From NCBI GenBank assembly GCA_902825865.1, contig CADECX010000006.1:48742-112741 (forward strand): 64,000 bases of DNA, given 5' to 3'. This DNA is from an uncultured Alphaproteobacteria bacterium. GTDB lineage: Bacteria; Pseudomonadota; Alphaproteobacteria; Micropepsales; Micropepsaceae. How positions within the stretch are numbered: position 1 is the stretch's first letter; every line of letters starts with the position of its first letter. The notes under the pieces are model-generated. The model was given only the letters and a program-made list of their open reading frames with translations. It was not told the origin of the DNA and ran no database searches. Position numbers and translations under genes: made by a program. Shown piece after piece: positions 17,224 to 27,560 of this stretch.

Positions 17224-19653
17224 TCAGCGATCTTGATCGGGCAACAGAACTTCCCGCACGCCCTTATGATTAGGGCTTGAGACCACGCCGTCCTGCTCCA
17301 TGCGCTCGATCAGGCTGGCGGCGCGGTTGTAGCCGATCTGCAACCGGCGCTGGATGTAGGAGGTGGAGGCCTTCTTGTCGCGCGCCACAACCGCCAGCGC
17401 CTTGTCATAGAGATCGTCGCCGGATTCGCGATTGCCCCCGCCCAGCAAGGCATAGGGATCATCGCTCTCTTCATCGGGCTCCTCGGTAACGGCGTCGAGA
17501 TATTCCGGCGCGCCCTGGGATTTCAGGAAACGCACCACATCCTCGACTTCATGGTCGGAGACAAAGGGACCGTGGATGCGCTTGATGCGCCCGCCCGCCG
17601 CCATATAGAGCATATCGCCCTGGCCCAGCAGCTGCTCGGCGCCCTGTTCGCCCAAAATGGTGCGGCTGTCGATCTTGCTCGTCACCTGGAAGGAAATGCG
17701 GGTGGGGAAATTGGCCTTGATGGTGCCGGTGATCACGTCCACCGACGGGCGCTGGGTCGCGGCAATCAGATGGATGCCGGCGGCGCGCGCCATCTGGGCC
17801 AGGCGCTGTACCGCGCCCTCGATCTCCTTGCCCGAGACCATCATCAGGTCGGCGACTTCGTCCACCACCACCACGATATAGGGCAAGGCTTCGAATTCCA
17901 GATTCTCGTCTTCATAGACCGGCTTGCCGGTTTCGCGGTCGAAGCCGGTCTGCACCGTGCGCTTGAGCACCTCGCCCTTGTCCTTGGCCTTGCGTACCCG
18001 CTCGTTAAAGGCTTCCACGCCGCGCACGCCCATCTTGGACATTTTGCGATAGCGGTCTTCCATTTCCCGCACCGCCCATTTCAGCGCCACGATCGCCTTG
18101 CGGGGATCGGTCACCACGGGTGAGAGAAGATGGGGAATGCCGTCATAGACCGACAATTCCAGCATCTTGGGATCGATCATGATCAGGCGGCATTGCTGCG
18201 GCGACATGCGGTAGAGCAGCGACAGGATCATGGTATTGAGGCCGACCGACTTGCCCGAACCGGTGGTGCCCGCCACCAGCAAGTGGGGCATCTTGGCCAA
18301 ATCCGCCATCACCGGCTCGCCGCCGATGGTTTTGCCCAGCGCCAAGGTCAGTGGCGCGCGGGCCTTTTCATAGTCGCCGCTGGCGAACATCTCGCGCAGA
18401 TAAACGGTCTCGCGGAATTGGTTGGGCAGCTCGATGCCGATCACATTGCGGCCCGAAATGGTGGCGATGCGCGCGGCCACGGCGCTCATGGAGCGCGCCA
18501 CGTCATCGGACAGCGAGATAACCCGGCTGGATTTCACGCCGGCGGCGGGCTCGAATTCATACAAGGTCACCACCGGGCCGGGTCGCACGGCGGTGATGCG
18601 GCCCTTGACGCCGAAATCGGTCAGCACCGCTTCCAGCATGCGGGCATTTTCCTCCAGCGCTTCGTCGGACAAGGTATGGGTGTTCTTGACCGGCGGGGCT
18701 TCTGTCAGCAATCCCAGCGCCGGCAACTGGTAGTCGCCTGACGCCAAATTAAGCGCCGGCTGCTTGTCGGCGCGTTTGCTGGCCTGGGCGACACGGGCGT
18801 CGCGGCGCACGCGATTTTCCTGGCGGTCGGCCAGGCGGCGAGCCAAGCGGGTGGCGGCGATGGGTTCGGGCCGCACCGATCCGGGAGAGTCGTCGTCATC
18901 ATCCAGATGATAGGCGCCTTCGTCATCGTCTTCATATTCGTGATCGCCTTCTTCGTCATGACGTCCGAAGCTGATATGGGGCTTTTTGATCAGGCCGATC
19001 AGCCAGACCTTGCCTGCCGGGATTTTCCGTATGCCGCGCGCGATGGGCGCAAGGCGCATGCCCGTGGCCAGGAAAGCCAGCGGCAGGCCGATGACCAAAA
19101 GGAAAAGCGGTACGGCCCAAGCCAGGGCCGGTGTCTGCCACATCTGTGCGGCCTGGGCGCTGAGGCCGGAGGCCGCGATGCCGATCATGCCGCCGGCGCC
19201 CGCGGGCAAGCCCGCCAAGGAAGGCAACAGGCCGAGCCCAGCGGCCAGGGTGAAAGTCCCCAGCGGCCAGGCCAGCAAGCGCCACATGGCATATTTGACC
19301 CCGCGCCCGCGCAAGGCGCGCGTGCCCCAGACCAGCAAAGGCGCCAGGAAGGCCAGCGCCGCCCAGCCGAAGATCTGCAGCAGCAAATCCGCCGCCACCG
19401 CACCCACCGGCCCCAGCCAGTTGCTGGCGTCGCGCAGATTGGCGTTGTTCAGGCTGGCATCATCGGCGGAGTAGCTGACAAGAGCGATCAGCGCCGCCAG
19501 CGCCGCCAGCAGCAACGCCAGGCCCGCCCCGCGCATCGCCAGGACGCGCATCAAGCGGTTCATGGCATGCTTGGCATCGGTCAGGGCGTCGCTCATGACG
19601 CCGCCCCTGGCGCGTGGGTGATAAACGCCGCCGATCATCCTGCTCTGAGCCAT
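17224..19653 (-). CDS. ftsK: DNA translocase FtsK
   Basis: It has N-terminal TM helices, an acidic/Pro-rich linker, a Walker A motif (GTTGSGKS), the motor domain and a C-terminal gamma (winged-helix) domain (ASTSYIQRRLQIGYNRAASLIERME). An alternative start at 19596 (MSDALTD) is equally plausible. Confidence 0.93.
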   Translation of the reverse strand: MAQSRMIGGVYHPRARGGVMSDALTDAKHAMNRLMRVLAMRGAGLALLLAALAALIALVSYSADDASLNNANLRDASNWLGPVGAVAADLLLQIFGWAALAFLAPLLVWGTRALRGRGVKYAMWRLLAWPLGTFTLAAGLGLLPSLAGLPAGAGGMIGIAASGLSAQAAQMWQTPALAWAVPLFLLVIGLPLAFLATGMRLAPIARGIRKIPAGKVWLIGLIKKPHISFGRHDEEGDHEYEDDDEGAYHLDDDDDSPGSVRPEPIAATRLARRLADRQENRVRRDARVAQASKRADKQPALNLASGDYQLPALGLLTEAPPVKNTHTLSDEALEENARMLEAVLTDFGVKGRITAVRPGPVVTLYEFEPAAGVKSSRVISLSDDVARSMSAVAARIATISGRNVIGIELPNQFRETVYLREMFASGDYEKARAPLTLALGKTIGGEPVMADLAKMPHLLVAGTTGSGKSVGLNTMILSLLYRMSPQQCRLIMIDPKMLELSVYDGIPHLLSPVVTDPRKAIVALKWAVREMEDRYRKMSKMGVRGVEAFNERVRKAKDKGEVLKRTVQTGFDRETGKPVYEDENLEFEALPYIVVVVDEVADLMMVSGKEIEGAVQRLAQMARAAGIHLIAATQRPSVDVITGTIKANFPTRISFQVTSKIDSRTILGEQGAEQLLGQGDMLYMAAGGRIKRIHGPFVSDHEVEDVVRFLKSQGAPEYLDAVTEEPDEESDDPYALLGGGNRESGDDLYDKALAVVARDKKASTSYIQRRLQIGYNRAASLIERMEQDGVVSSPNHKGVREVLLPDQDR

Positions 19654-19670
19654 GTGCGCTGCCCCTGGGA

Positions 19671-20858
19671 CTAGAGAATTTCCCGCAGTCTTTCGAGTGC
19701 GGTCTTAATGGTTGACAAGTCGTTAACAAGCGCCACCCGGACATAGGAAAAGCCAGGGTTTGACTGGGTTTTTCCAGTGAAAATTTCCCTACCCATGGTG
19801 GCGCCGGGCAGCAGCCTGACCCCCTGTTCGCGCCAGGCTTTGAGGGCGAAATCCTCGCCATTGCCGACATCCAGCCAGAGGAAGAATCCGCCGCCCGGCC
19901 GGGTCATCCGGTTGCCCAGAATCTGTTCCGCCGTATCCAGTCTTTCGCGATAGGCGGCGCGGTTGGCGATGACATGGGTCTCGTCGCGCCAGCAGGCCGC
20001 GCTTGCTGCCAGTAGCGGCGTTGGCACGGTCGGCCCGGCGACATTGCGGAAGGCGCGGAATTTTTCGATCAGGCTCGCATCGCCCGCCACCATGCCCGAG
20101 CGCAAGCCGGGCAAGCCGGAGCGTTTGGAGAGGGAGTGGAAGCTGAGCAGCCGCGCGAAATTTCCCGTCTGCGCCAGACGCGACGGCAGGGCGCACACCG
20201 GCTCCTGGTCGAACCAGATATCGGCATAGCATTCGTCCGCCAAGACGGTGAAGTCATAACGGTCCGCCAGGGCGAACAGCGCCGTCCAATAATTCCGGTC
20301 CGCCACCGCGCCTTCGGGATTTGAAGGCGAGCAGATATAGACCGCCGCCAATCTTTGCAGCGTCGTTTCCGGCAGGGCCGCGAAATCCGGCAGGAAGCCG
20401 TTTTCTTTTTGAGACGCCACATACAAGGGCTCGGCGCCCGAGCTCAGCGCCGCCGCCGCATAGCATTGATAAAAGGGATTGGGCATCGCCACGATGGGCC
20501 GCGCCCCGGCCTTGCTTTCTGGCATCAGCGGAAACAGCACCGAGAACAGGCCTTCCCGCGTGCCGTTGAGGGGAAGAAGATTTTTCTCTGCGTCGATCGT
20601 GCCATTCAGGGCGAAGCGGCGATTGAGCCATGACGCTGCTGCTTCACGCCAATCCTGGGTGCCGATGATGGCGGGATAGTTGCCGAACCCGGCGGCGCCT
20701 TTGGCCAGCGCCTCTTTTACAAATTCGGGTACAGCACCTGAGGGATCGCCGATCGACAGGCTGATCGGATCCTTGCCGGGTTTTGTATCGCCCAAAAGCG
20801 TAGCGAGCTGGGCGAATGGGCCCGGCGGGAGGGCGGCAATGCGAGGGAGATTCGACAT
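19671..20858 (-). CDS. Class I/II PLP-dependent aminotransferase (succinyldiaminopimelate/aspartate aminotransferase-like)
   Basis: It starts at the ATG at 20858 (MSNLPRIAALPPGPF). PLP-lysine context: SFHSLSKRSGLPGLRSG. SPSNPEG and NPFYQCY blocks are present. Confidence 0.85.
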   Translation of the reverse strand: MSNLPRIAALPPGPFAQLATLLGDTKPGKDPISLSIGDPSGAVPEFVKEALAKGAAGFGNYPAIIGTQDWREAAASWLNRRFALNGTIDAEKNLLPLNGTREGLFSVLFPLMPESKAGARPIVAMPNPFYQCYAAAALSSGAEPLYVASQKENGFLPDFAALPETTLQRLAAVYICSPSNPEGAVADRNYWTALFALADRYDFTVLADECYADIWFDQEPVCALPSRLAQTGNFARLLSFHSLSKRSGLPGLRSGMVAGDASLIEKFRAFRNVAGPTVPTPLLAASAACWRDETHVIANRAAYRERLDTAEQILGNRMTRPGGGFFLWLDVGNGEDFALKAWREQGVRLLPGATMGREIFTGKTQSNPGFSYVRVALVNDLSTIKTALERLREIL

Positions 20859-20928
20859 GCGCGGACCATAGAGGCCAGGTGCGGACAGTTCCAGATATCT
20901 CGAGCCCGGCATTCCGCCGGGCGACCCT

Positions 20929-21053
20929 CAGCATCCGACAGCTTCCTTCCCCCTTCGGTGCGAAGCACCAAGAAGGGGGAAGGTGTCGCAGCGAGGTGTT
21001 TGCGGAGCAAACCCAAGCTGCGACGGATGGGGGTTCAAAAATAGAACAGCACC
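20929..21053. repeat. REP/MITE-like intergenic element (family copy 1)
   Basis: Hairpin TTCCCCCTTCGGTGCGAAGCACCAAGAAGGGGGAA, then GGTGTCGCAGCGAGG, a second hairpin GTTTGCGGAGCAAAC, and the end AGCTGCGACGGATGGGGGTTCAAAAATAG. The same architecture and strings recur at 30841..31096 (inverted) and 31270..31384. Confidence 0.7.
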
Positions 21054-21057
21054 ACAA

Positions 21058-21092
21058 AGAAATAGGGCGCCAGCGGATGCTGGCGCCCTATC
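21058..21092 (-). terminator. Rho-independent terminator downstream of amtB (439 aa)
   Basis: The stem TAGGGCGCCAGC / GCTGGCGCCCTA is followed by a T-rich tract on the minus strand. Confidence 0.65.
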
Positions 21093-21095
21093 TAT

Positions 21096-22415
21096 TCAGT
21101 GATGGACTGTCTCTCCGTGGAGATTAATATCCAAGCCTTCAACCTCGACTTCCGGCGGCACCCGCAGGCCCACGATCAGATCCACGGCTTTGAGGATCAG
21201 GAAGGTGACCAGGCCGCAATACACAAAGGTGATGCCCACGTCGTAAAACTGGATCAGTATCTGGTGGAAATTGCCGTCCGCCAGCCAGCCTTTCCCCGCG
21301 CTGTTGATCGAGCTTTTGGCGAAGACGCCGGTAAGGATGGCGCCCAACGCCCCGCCCACGCCATGCACGCCCCAGGCGTCCAGGCTGTCGTCATAGCCCA
21401 GCGCCTTCTTTACCCACACCGCCGCGACATAGCAGACCACACCGGCGGTCAGGCCGATGATCAAGGCGCCGACCGGATCGACATAGCCGGATGCCGGCGT
21501 GATCGCCACCAAGCCCGCCACCGCGCCGGAAATCATGCCCAGCACGGACGGTTTCCTGGCGATCATCCATTCCGCGATCATCCAGGCCAGCGCCGCGGCG
21601 GCGGCGGCGATCTGGGTGGCGGCGGCGGCCATGCCGGCATTGAAGCCCGCGCTCACCGCGGAGCCTGCATTGAAGCCGAACCAGCCGACCCACAGCAGGC
21701 ACGCGCCGATCACCGACAAGACCAGATTGTGCGGCGACATGTTCTCAGCTCCGTAACCGATGCGCTTGCCCAGCACCAGGCAGGTGACCAAAGCGGCGGT
21801 ACCGGCATTGAGATGCACCACCGAGCCGCCGGCATAGTCCAGCGCCCCCATAGTGAACAGCAAGCCGCCGCCCCACACCATATGGGCGATGGGGCAATAG
21901 ACAAAAATCAACCACAGGCCGATGAACCACAGGAAGGCCGAGAATTTCATGCGGTCGGCAAAGGCCCCCGCGATCAGCGCCGGCGTGATGATCGCGAACG
22001 TCATCTGAAAGAACATGAAGACCGATTCCGGAATGGTGCCGGACAGCGAATCCACCGTCATCGGTCCAAGGAACAGATAGCTGAAATCGCCGATGAAGCG
22101 GTTGAGGCCGGGATCGGAATTGGTTTTGAAGGCCAGGGAATAGCCGGCCACCATCCACAATATGGTGATCAGGGCGGTGGCGCCGAAACTCTGGGCCAGG
22201 GTGGCCAGCACATTCTTCCGGCGCACCATGCCGCCATAGAACAGGCCCAGGCCCGGGATGGTCATCATCAGGACCAGTGCCGCCGAGGTCAGCATCCAGG
22301 CGGTGTCGCCGCTGTTCAAACTGGGCGCATCGGCGGCGAAGGCCGGTGTGGCCGCCAGAAAAGGCGTCAGGAGAGAAGCCGCAAGGACGGCCCCGAATTG
22401 TGATTTGGTGCGCAT
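21096..22415 (-). CDS. amtB: Ammonium transporter AmtB (paralogue 1, 439 aa)
   Basis: It has a signal peptide, then GDTAWMLTSAALVLMMTIPGLGLFYGGMVR, 11 TM segments and the conserved DDSLDAWGVHGVGG. Confidence 0.93.
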   Translation of the reverse strand: MRTKSQFGAVLAASLLTPFLAATPAFAADAPSLNSGDTAWMLTSAALVLMMTIPGLGLFYGGMVRRKNVLATLAQSFGATALITILWMVAGYSLAFKTNSDPGLNRFIGDFSYLFLGPMTVDSLSGTIPESVFMFFQMTFAIITPALIAGAFADRMKFSAFLWFIGLWLIFVYCPIAHMVWGGGLLFTMGALDYAGGSVVHLNAGTAALVTCLVLGKRIGYGAENMSPHNLVLSVIGACLLWVGWFGFNAGSAVSAGFNAGMAAAATQIAAAAAALAWMIAEWMIARKPSVLGMISGAVAGLVAITPASGYVDPVGALIIGLTAGVVCYVAAVWVKKALGYDDSLDAWGVHGVGGALGAILTGVFAKSSINSAGKGWLADGNFHQILIQFYDVGITFVYCGLVTFLILKAVDLIVGLRVPPEVEVEGLDINLHGETVHH

Positions 22416-22452
22416 CGTCCCTAATCCATTTTTTGATTCTTGTGCCTGAAAG

Positions 22453-22490
22453 CAAAAAAGGGGTGCGGTGTTACCCGCACCCCCCTTTGC
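22453..22490 (-). terminator. Rho-independent terminator between the two amtB genes
   Basis: The minus strand reads GGGGGGTGCGGGTAACACCGCACCCC followed by TTTTTTGC. It ends about 40 nt before the next ATG. Confidence 0.7.
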
Positions 22491-22501
22491 TTCATTTGCG
22501 C

Positions 22502-23929
22502 TTATGCATTGTAAGCGCGTTCGCCATGCTCGCCGATGTCGAGGCCTTCGCGCTCGACTTCTTCCTTCACGCGCAGGCCGATCGTCATCTTGATCAGGCC
22601 GAACACGATCAGGCTGCCGATACCGGACCAGCAGAGGGTGGTCAGCACACCCTTGAGCTGCGCCATGACCTGAACCGCGGTACCCGGATAGACGGCTGCG
22701 CCGCCCGCCGTGTAATCCACGATGCCCGCGCCGCCCAGGGCCGGATTCACCAGGATGCCGGTGGCGATGGCGCCGATGATGCCGCCGATGCAGTGCACAC
22801 CGAAGACATCCAGGCTGTCGTCATACTTGAGCGCATTCTTCACCGTGCTGACGAAGAACAGGCAGATCGGGCTGACAATCAGGCCCAGCACGATCGCGCC
22901 CATCGGACCGGCAAAGCCGGCGGCAGGCGTAATCGCGACCAGACCGGCAACCACACCGGAAGCCGCACCCAGCAGGCTGGGCTTGCCCTTCAGGACCCAC
23001 TCGGCCAGCGGCCAGGCAAATCCGGCCGCCGCGGTGCAGAGGAAGGTGTTGAGCATGGCCAGGCCGGCATAGCCGTTCGATTCCAGGTTCGAACCGGCGT
23101 TGAAGCCGAACCAGCCGACCCACAGAAGCGAGGCGCCGACCATGGTCAAGGTCAGGGAGTGGGGCGCCATATGCTCGGTCCCGTAGCCCAGGCGCTTGCC
23201 GCAGAGGATCGCGCCCACCAAGGCCGCGATACCGGCATTGATGTGCACCACCGTGCCGCCCGCGAAGTCGAGCGCGCCGAAGGCCCAGATCATGCCCGCA
23301 CCGGCAACCGTCGCATCGGCCGGATTGGTCGAAGCGAATTCCGGTCCGGGCCACCACCACACCATATGGGCCATGGGGAAGTAGACCAGGGTCGGCCACA
23401 GGATGGAGAAGAAGCAGATGGCGCTGAACTTCATGCGTTCGGCAAAACCGCCGATCACCAGTGCGGTGGTGATCGCCGCAAAGGTCATCTGGAACGCCAC
23501 AAAGACGATTTCCGGAATGACCACGCCGCGCGAGAAGGTCTCGACCACAGTGGCGGTGTCCACGCCCTTCAGCAGGGCCTTGGAGAAGCCGCCGACATAG
23601 CTGTTGAGGCCGCCACCATCGGTGAAGGCCATCGAATAGCCCCACAGCGCCCACACCACCATGACGATGCAGCTGACCACCAGAGTCTGGGTCAGGATCG
23701 ACAGCATGTTCTTGGAGCGGACCAGGCCGCCATAGAACAGGGCCAGGCCCGGCACGATCATCAACAGAACCAGGATGGTGGAAACCAGCATCCAGGCCGT
23801 ATCACCCTTGTCGGGCACCGGCGGCGCCTTGGCCGCTTCCTGGGCGAATGCAACGCCCGCGGTCATGGCGAGCGTGCCAAGGCCGGCAAGCGCCGCTGTT
23901 CCCGCTTTTTTCAGATTTTCAATTTTCAT
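22502..23929 (-). CDS. amtB: Ammonium transporter AmtB (paralogue 2, 475 aa)
   Basis: Conserved blocks GDTAWMLVSTILVLLMIVPGLALFYGGLVR and DDSLDVFGVHCIGG are present. The gene is directly downstream of glnK. Confidence 0.93.
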   Translation of the reverse strand: MKIENLKKAGTAALAGLGTLAMTAGVAFAQEAAKAPPVPDKGDTAWMLVSTILVLLMIVPGLALFYGGLVRSKNMLSILTQTLVVSCIVMVVWALWGYSMAFTDGGGLNSYVGGFSKALLKGVDTATVVETFSRGVVIPEIVFVAFQMTFAAITTALVIGGFAERMKFSAICFFSILWPTLVYFPMAHMVWWWPGPEFASTNPADATVAGAGMIWAFGALDFAGGTVVHINAGIAALVGAILCGKRLGYGTEHMAPHSLTLTMVGASLLWVGWFGFNAGSNLESNGYAGLAMLNTFLCTAAAGFAWPLAEWVLKGKPSLLGAASGVVAGLVAITPAAGFAGPMGAIVLGLIVSPICLFFVSTVKNALKYDDSLDVFGVHCIGGIIGAIATGILVNPALGGAGIVDYTAGGAAVYPGTAVQVMAQLKGVLTTLCWSGIGSLIVFGLIKMTIGLRVKEEVEREGLDIGEHGERAYNA

Positions 23930-23968
23930 TTTTCAGTCCCCTTTGTGGACGGCCAAAACCTTGCGGTC

Positions 23969-24355
<387 letters not shown>

Positions 24356-24524
24356 TTAACGATTTATCAAGAAGCGGGCCAGTTCCTGGGCGGTGGAATA
24401 AGTTATTGTTTTATATGTATTTTTCTCGAAAATTGGCCTGGAAGTGACTCAAAAACAGGCAAGTCATTTTGCCCGTAAAATGAGCAAAATCGGTTTTTTG
24501 CATAGCAATTAGGCAGGAGTTTTC

Positions 24525-25748
24525 TTGAAGCGCGTCGATGTCTTGATCAGTGGCGGCGGCATGGTCGGCCTGCCGCTGGGGCTCGCCCTGGCCCAGGGCG
24601 GCCTGAAAACGGTGATCGCCGACGCTGCCCCCCCGGCCAAGGTCCTGGACCCCAATTTCGATGGCCGGGTTTCAGCCCTGGCCTATGCCAGTGTGCGGAT
24701 GCTGAACGCCTTGGGGGTTTGGGAAAGTCTGGCACCCAACGCCCAGCCGATTCGCGAAATCCTGGTCACCGACGGCAAAGCGGGCCAGCCCGCCTCGCCC
24801 TTCTCCTTGCATTTCGATGCTCAGGAAGTCGGCGCCGACAGCCTCGGCCATATCGCGGAAAATCGTCACATCCGCGCCGCGTTGTATCGGGCGGTCGAAG
24901 CCGCTGCCAATCTGGAGCTGATGGCGCCAGCCGCGGTGAAGTCGCTCACGGTTGAGGCGGGCGGTGCGATTGCGCGATTGGCCAATGGCGAAGAAATTTC
25001 CGCGCATCTGGTGATCGCCGCCGACGGCCGTGAGTCACCGCTGCGCGCTGAGATGGGGGTACAGATCATCGGCTGGTCTTATCCCCAGACCGGCATTGTC
25101 GCGACGGTGGAACATGAGAAGCCGCACAATGGTGTGGCCTATGAGCATTTCCTGCCCTCGGGTCCTTTCGCGATTTTACCGATGACGGGAAATCGTTCTT
25201 CGCTGGTATGGACGGAAGGCCGGACCAAAGCGCCGGCGCTGCTGGCGCTGGATGAGGCAGGCTTCAACGCGGAATTGGCGCGCCGCTTTGGCGCCCATCT
25301 GGGCGCGACCAAATCGGCGGGGCCGCGTTGGTCTTATCCCTTGTCCTTTCATCTGGCGCGCGATTTTGTCCGGCCGCGTTTTGCCCTGGCGGGCGATTGC
25401 GCCCATGGCATTCATCCCATCGCGGGCCAGGGATTGAATCTGGGATTGAAGGATGGCGCGGCGCTGGCCGAGGTTCTGCTCGATGCCGCGCGGCTAGGCC
25501 GCGATATCGGCGCGTTGGATACGCTCAAGCGCTATGAACGCTGGCGGCGGTTTGATTCTTTCGCTTTGGCCGCATCGACGGATGCGTTGAATCGGCTGTT
25601 TTCCAACGATATCGCGCCCTTGCGTCATCTGCGCGATCTGGGGCTTGGCATTGTCGATGCTATTGGACCCGCGAGGCGCTTTTTCATGCGCCATGCCGGG
25701 GGCGATATTGGGAAACTGCCCCGCCTGATGAAGGGCGAAGCGGCCTGA
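24525..25748 (+). CDS. UbiH/UbiF/VisC/COQ6-family FAD-dependent ubiquinone-biosynthesis hydroxylase
   Basis: TTG start. The FAD-binding motif is VLISGGGMVGLPLGLALA. The blocks GDCAHGIHPIAGQGLNLGLKD and DG..S are present. Confidence 0.88.
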   Translation: MKRVDVLISGGGMVGLPLGLALAQGGLKTVIADAAPPAKVLDPNFDGRVSALAYASVRMLNALGVWESLAPNAQPIREILVTDGKAGQPASPFSLHFDAQEVGADSLGHIAENRHIRAALYRAVEAAANLELMAPAAVKSLTVEAGGAIARLANGEEISAHLVIAADGRESPLRAEMGVQIIGWSYPQTGIVATVEHEKPHNGVAYEHFLPSGPFAILPMTGNRSSLVWTEGRTKAPALLALDEAGFNAELARRFGAHLGATKSAGPRWSYPLSFHLARDFVRPRFALAGDCAHGIHPIAGQGLNLGLKDGAALAEVLLDAARLGRDIGALDTLKRYERWRRFDSFALAASTDALNRLFSNDIAPLRHLRDLGLGIVDAIGPARRFFMRHAGGDIGKLPRLMKGEAA

Positions 25749-25750
25749 CG

Positions 25751-26062
25751 TCAGGTAATTTCCGGATTTCGTTTCGATAACCGCAAAATCATGGTCGCGC
25801 AGAGCAGTCCGCCCACCAGGCCCGCCAACAGAGCAAGGCCGAAATAGGAGAAAGCCCCGGGCCCCAACGCCAGCGCCTGCGGATGCAAGGGGGCCATGCC
25901 CAGCGCGGTGCCGGCAAAGCCGATGGCGCCGCCGATCATGGCGCTGCCGCCCAGGCGCAGGGCGGTTCGCGCAGGAACCAGCAGCAGCCCGCCCAGGAAG
26001 ATCACCAGGGCGACCGCTGCGGCCGCCACCAGGGTCATCAGGACAAAGATCGCAACATTCAT
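25751..26062 (-). CDS. Small integral membrane protein (3 predicted TM helices), unknown function
   Basis: The 103-aa protein is hydrophobic and Gly/Ala/Leu-rich. Its start overlaps the stop of the upstream gene at 26062, and it is the last gene of the asd-zapE string. Confidence 0.55.
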   Translation of the reverse strand: MNVAIFVLMTLVAAAAVALVIFLGGLLLVPARTALRLGGSAMIGGAIGFAGTALGMAPLHPQALALGPGAFSYFGLALLAGLVGGLLCATMILRLSKRNPEIT

Positions 26063-26472
26063 CAGTGAATCGTCCGCTTCCAGCGTGACGAGGCGCGTTC
26101 GCGGGCCGATAGCGGCGAGCGCACGTCGCTCTGCGACATCAGGGCGACCGGCAGTTCTTCGTAAAAGCGCCGCGCCACCACGCCGACCCGGCGGGCGCGC
26201 ATTTCCTCGGCCTCGTCGCGGGTGGCGAACATCTGGGCTTCAAACAGATAGCCGGTAATATCGCCGGTCTTGATTTCCTGCACCGCTTCCACCTGCTCGT
26301 CGGCGACATCCAGGGCATGGCGGAAATGAGCATTTGTGTCGGCTTTGTCGCGCTCCTGCTGGGCGATGCGCGCGACATTGGCCGCATCGAAACGCTTCAG
26401 CCTGGGAAGCCCGAAGCGGTGAAACAAGATACAGGCCAGCACAAAAGCACAAGCCCAAAAGACATTCGTCAT
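26062..26472 (-). CDS. Membrane-anchored hypothetical protein
   Basis: The 136-aa protein has an N-terminal TM helix (VFWACAFVLACILF) and a charged soluble domain. A 4-nt overlap links it to zapE. Confidence 0.55.
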   Translation of the reverse strand: MTNVFWACAFVLACILFHRFGLPRLKRFDAANVARIAQQERDKADTNAHFRHALDVADEQVEAVQEIKTGDITGYLFEAQMFATRDEAEEMRARRVGVVARRFYEELPVALMSQSDVRSPLSARERASSRWKRTIH

Positions 26473-27560
26473 TGTGTCAGCCCATGAACGCCGTGACCGC
26501 GCTTGAGATAATCCTCGCTTTGCATTTCGGCAAGGCGTGAAGCGGTGCGGCGGAAGGCGTCAGAGGCGATGCCCGCCGGATAAAGTTGATCGGGCTTTGC
26601 CTCGGCCGAACAGATCAGCTTCACCCCTTCATCATATAAGGTGTCGATCAAAAGCGTGAAACGCCGCGCCACATTGTGCATATTGTCGGTCATCACCGGG
26701 ATATGGTCGATTAGTATGGTGTGAAATTCCTGCGCGATCGCCAGATAGTCCGCCGCGGCCAGGGGGCGGTCGCACAATTCCTCAAAAGCAAAGCGCGCCA
26801 CGCCGCGCGCCGCTTGCGGCACCGGCACCTGACGGCCCAGAACCGGCAGGTTCATGGGCTTGCCGCGTTTGGTATCGGTCAGCCTTTTCCAGGCTTCGTC
26901 CATGGCGGCATCGGCCGCAGGCCCCAGTGGCGTCAGATACACATTCAGTCCGGAGATGCGCTGCAGGCGGTAGTCGGTGTGTCCGTTCAATTCCACCACG
27001 TCCAGCCGCTGCTTGATCACCTCGATAAATGGCAGAAAGAGCTGCCGGTTCAGCCCGCCCTCATACAGCCGGTCGGGTGGGGTATTGCTGGTGGCGACAA
27101 TGGTGACGCCGTCGGCGAGCAGGCGGTCGAACAGCCGCCCCAGGATCATGGCGTCGGCGACATCGGTGACCTGGAATTCGTCAAAGCAAAGCAGCCACGC
27201 CTCATCGGCGATGGCGCGCGCCACCACGGGAATGGGGTCGCTGCTGCCGGGTTTCTGCCGCTCGGCATGAATGCCGGCATGCACATCCATCATGAAGCGG
27301 TTGAAATGGGCGCGGCGTTTCTTAGGCACCGCGACTTCTTCAAAGAACATGTCCATCAGCAGAGTCTTGCCGCGCCCCACATCGCCCCAGATATAAAGGC
27401 CCTTGGCGGGCTCGGAGGATTTGCGGAACAGCGAGAAGACGGGCTTATTCGCCAGCGCGCGCGCCAGGTCCTGCAGCTTGTGAAGGGCGTGGTCTTGCGC
27501 CGGATCGGCACGAAGCTCGCCCTTGGACAGAGATTTGCGATAGCGCGCCAGCAAAGTCAT
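26469..27560 (-). CDS. zapE: Cell division protein ZapE (AFG1-family ATPase)
   Basis: Walker A is GLYIWGDVGRGKTLLMD. The block LLCFDEFQVTDVADAMIL and the AFG1-type C-terminus are present. Confidence 0.9.
   Translation of the reverse strand: MTLLARYRKSLSKGELRADPAQDHALHKLQDLARALANKPVFSLFRKSSEPAKGLYIWGDVGRGKTLLMDMFFEEVAVPKKRRAHFNRFMMDVHAGIHAERQKPGSSDPIPVVARAIADEAWLLCFDEFQVTDVADAMILGRLFDRLLADGVTIVATSNTPPDRLYEGGLNRQLFLPFIEVIKQRLDVVELNGHTDYRLQRISGLNVYLTPLGPAADAAMDEAWKRLTDTKRGKPMNLPVLGRQVPVPQAARGVARFAFEELCDRPLAAADYLAIAQEFHTILIDHIPVMTDNMHNVARRFTLLIDTLYDEGVKLICSAEAKPDQLYPAGIASDAFRRTASRLAEMQSEDYLKRGHGVHGLTQ

Noticed and set aside
22416-22452. A possible sigma-54 promoter (AGGCACAAGAATCAAAA) for the downstream amtB.
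   Set aside because: The GG-N10-GC spacing is not satisfied and there is no -12 GC.
24366-24381. A sigma-54-like motif upstream of glnK (minus strand TGGCCCGCTTCTTGAT).
   Set aside because: The -24 element is acceptable, but the -12 element reads GA instead of the highly conserved GC. This is too weak to call without transcript data.
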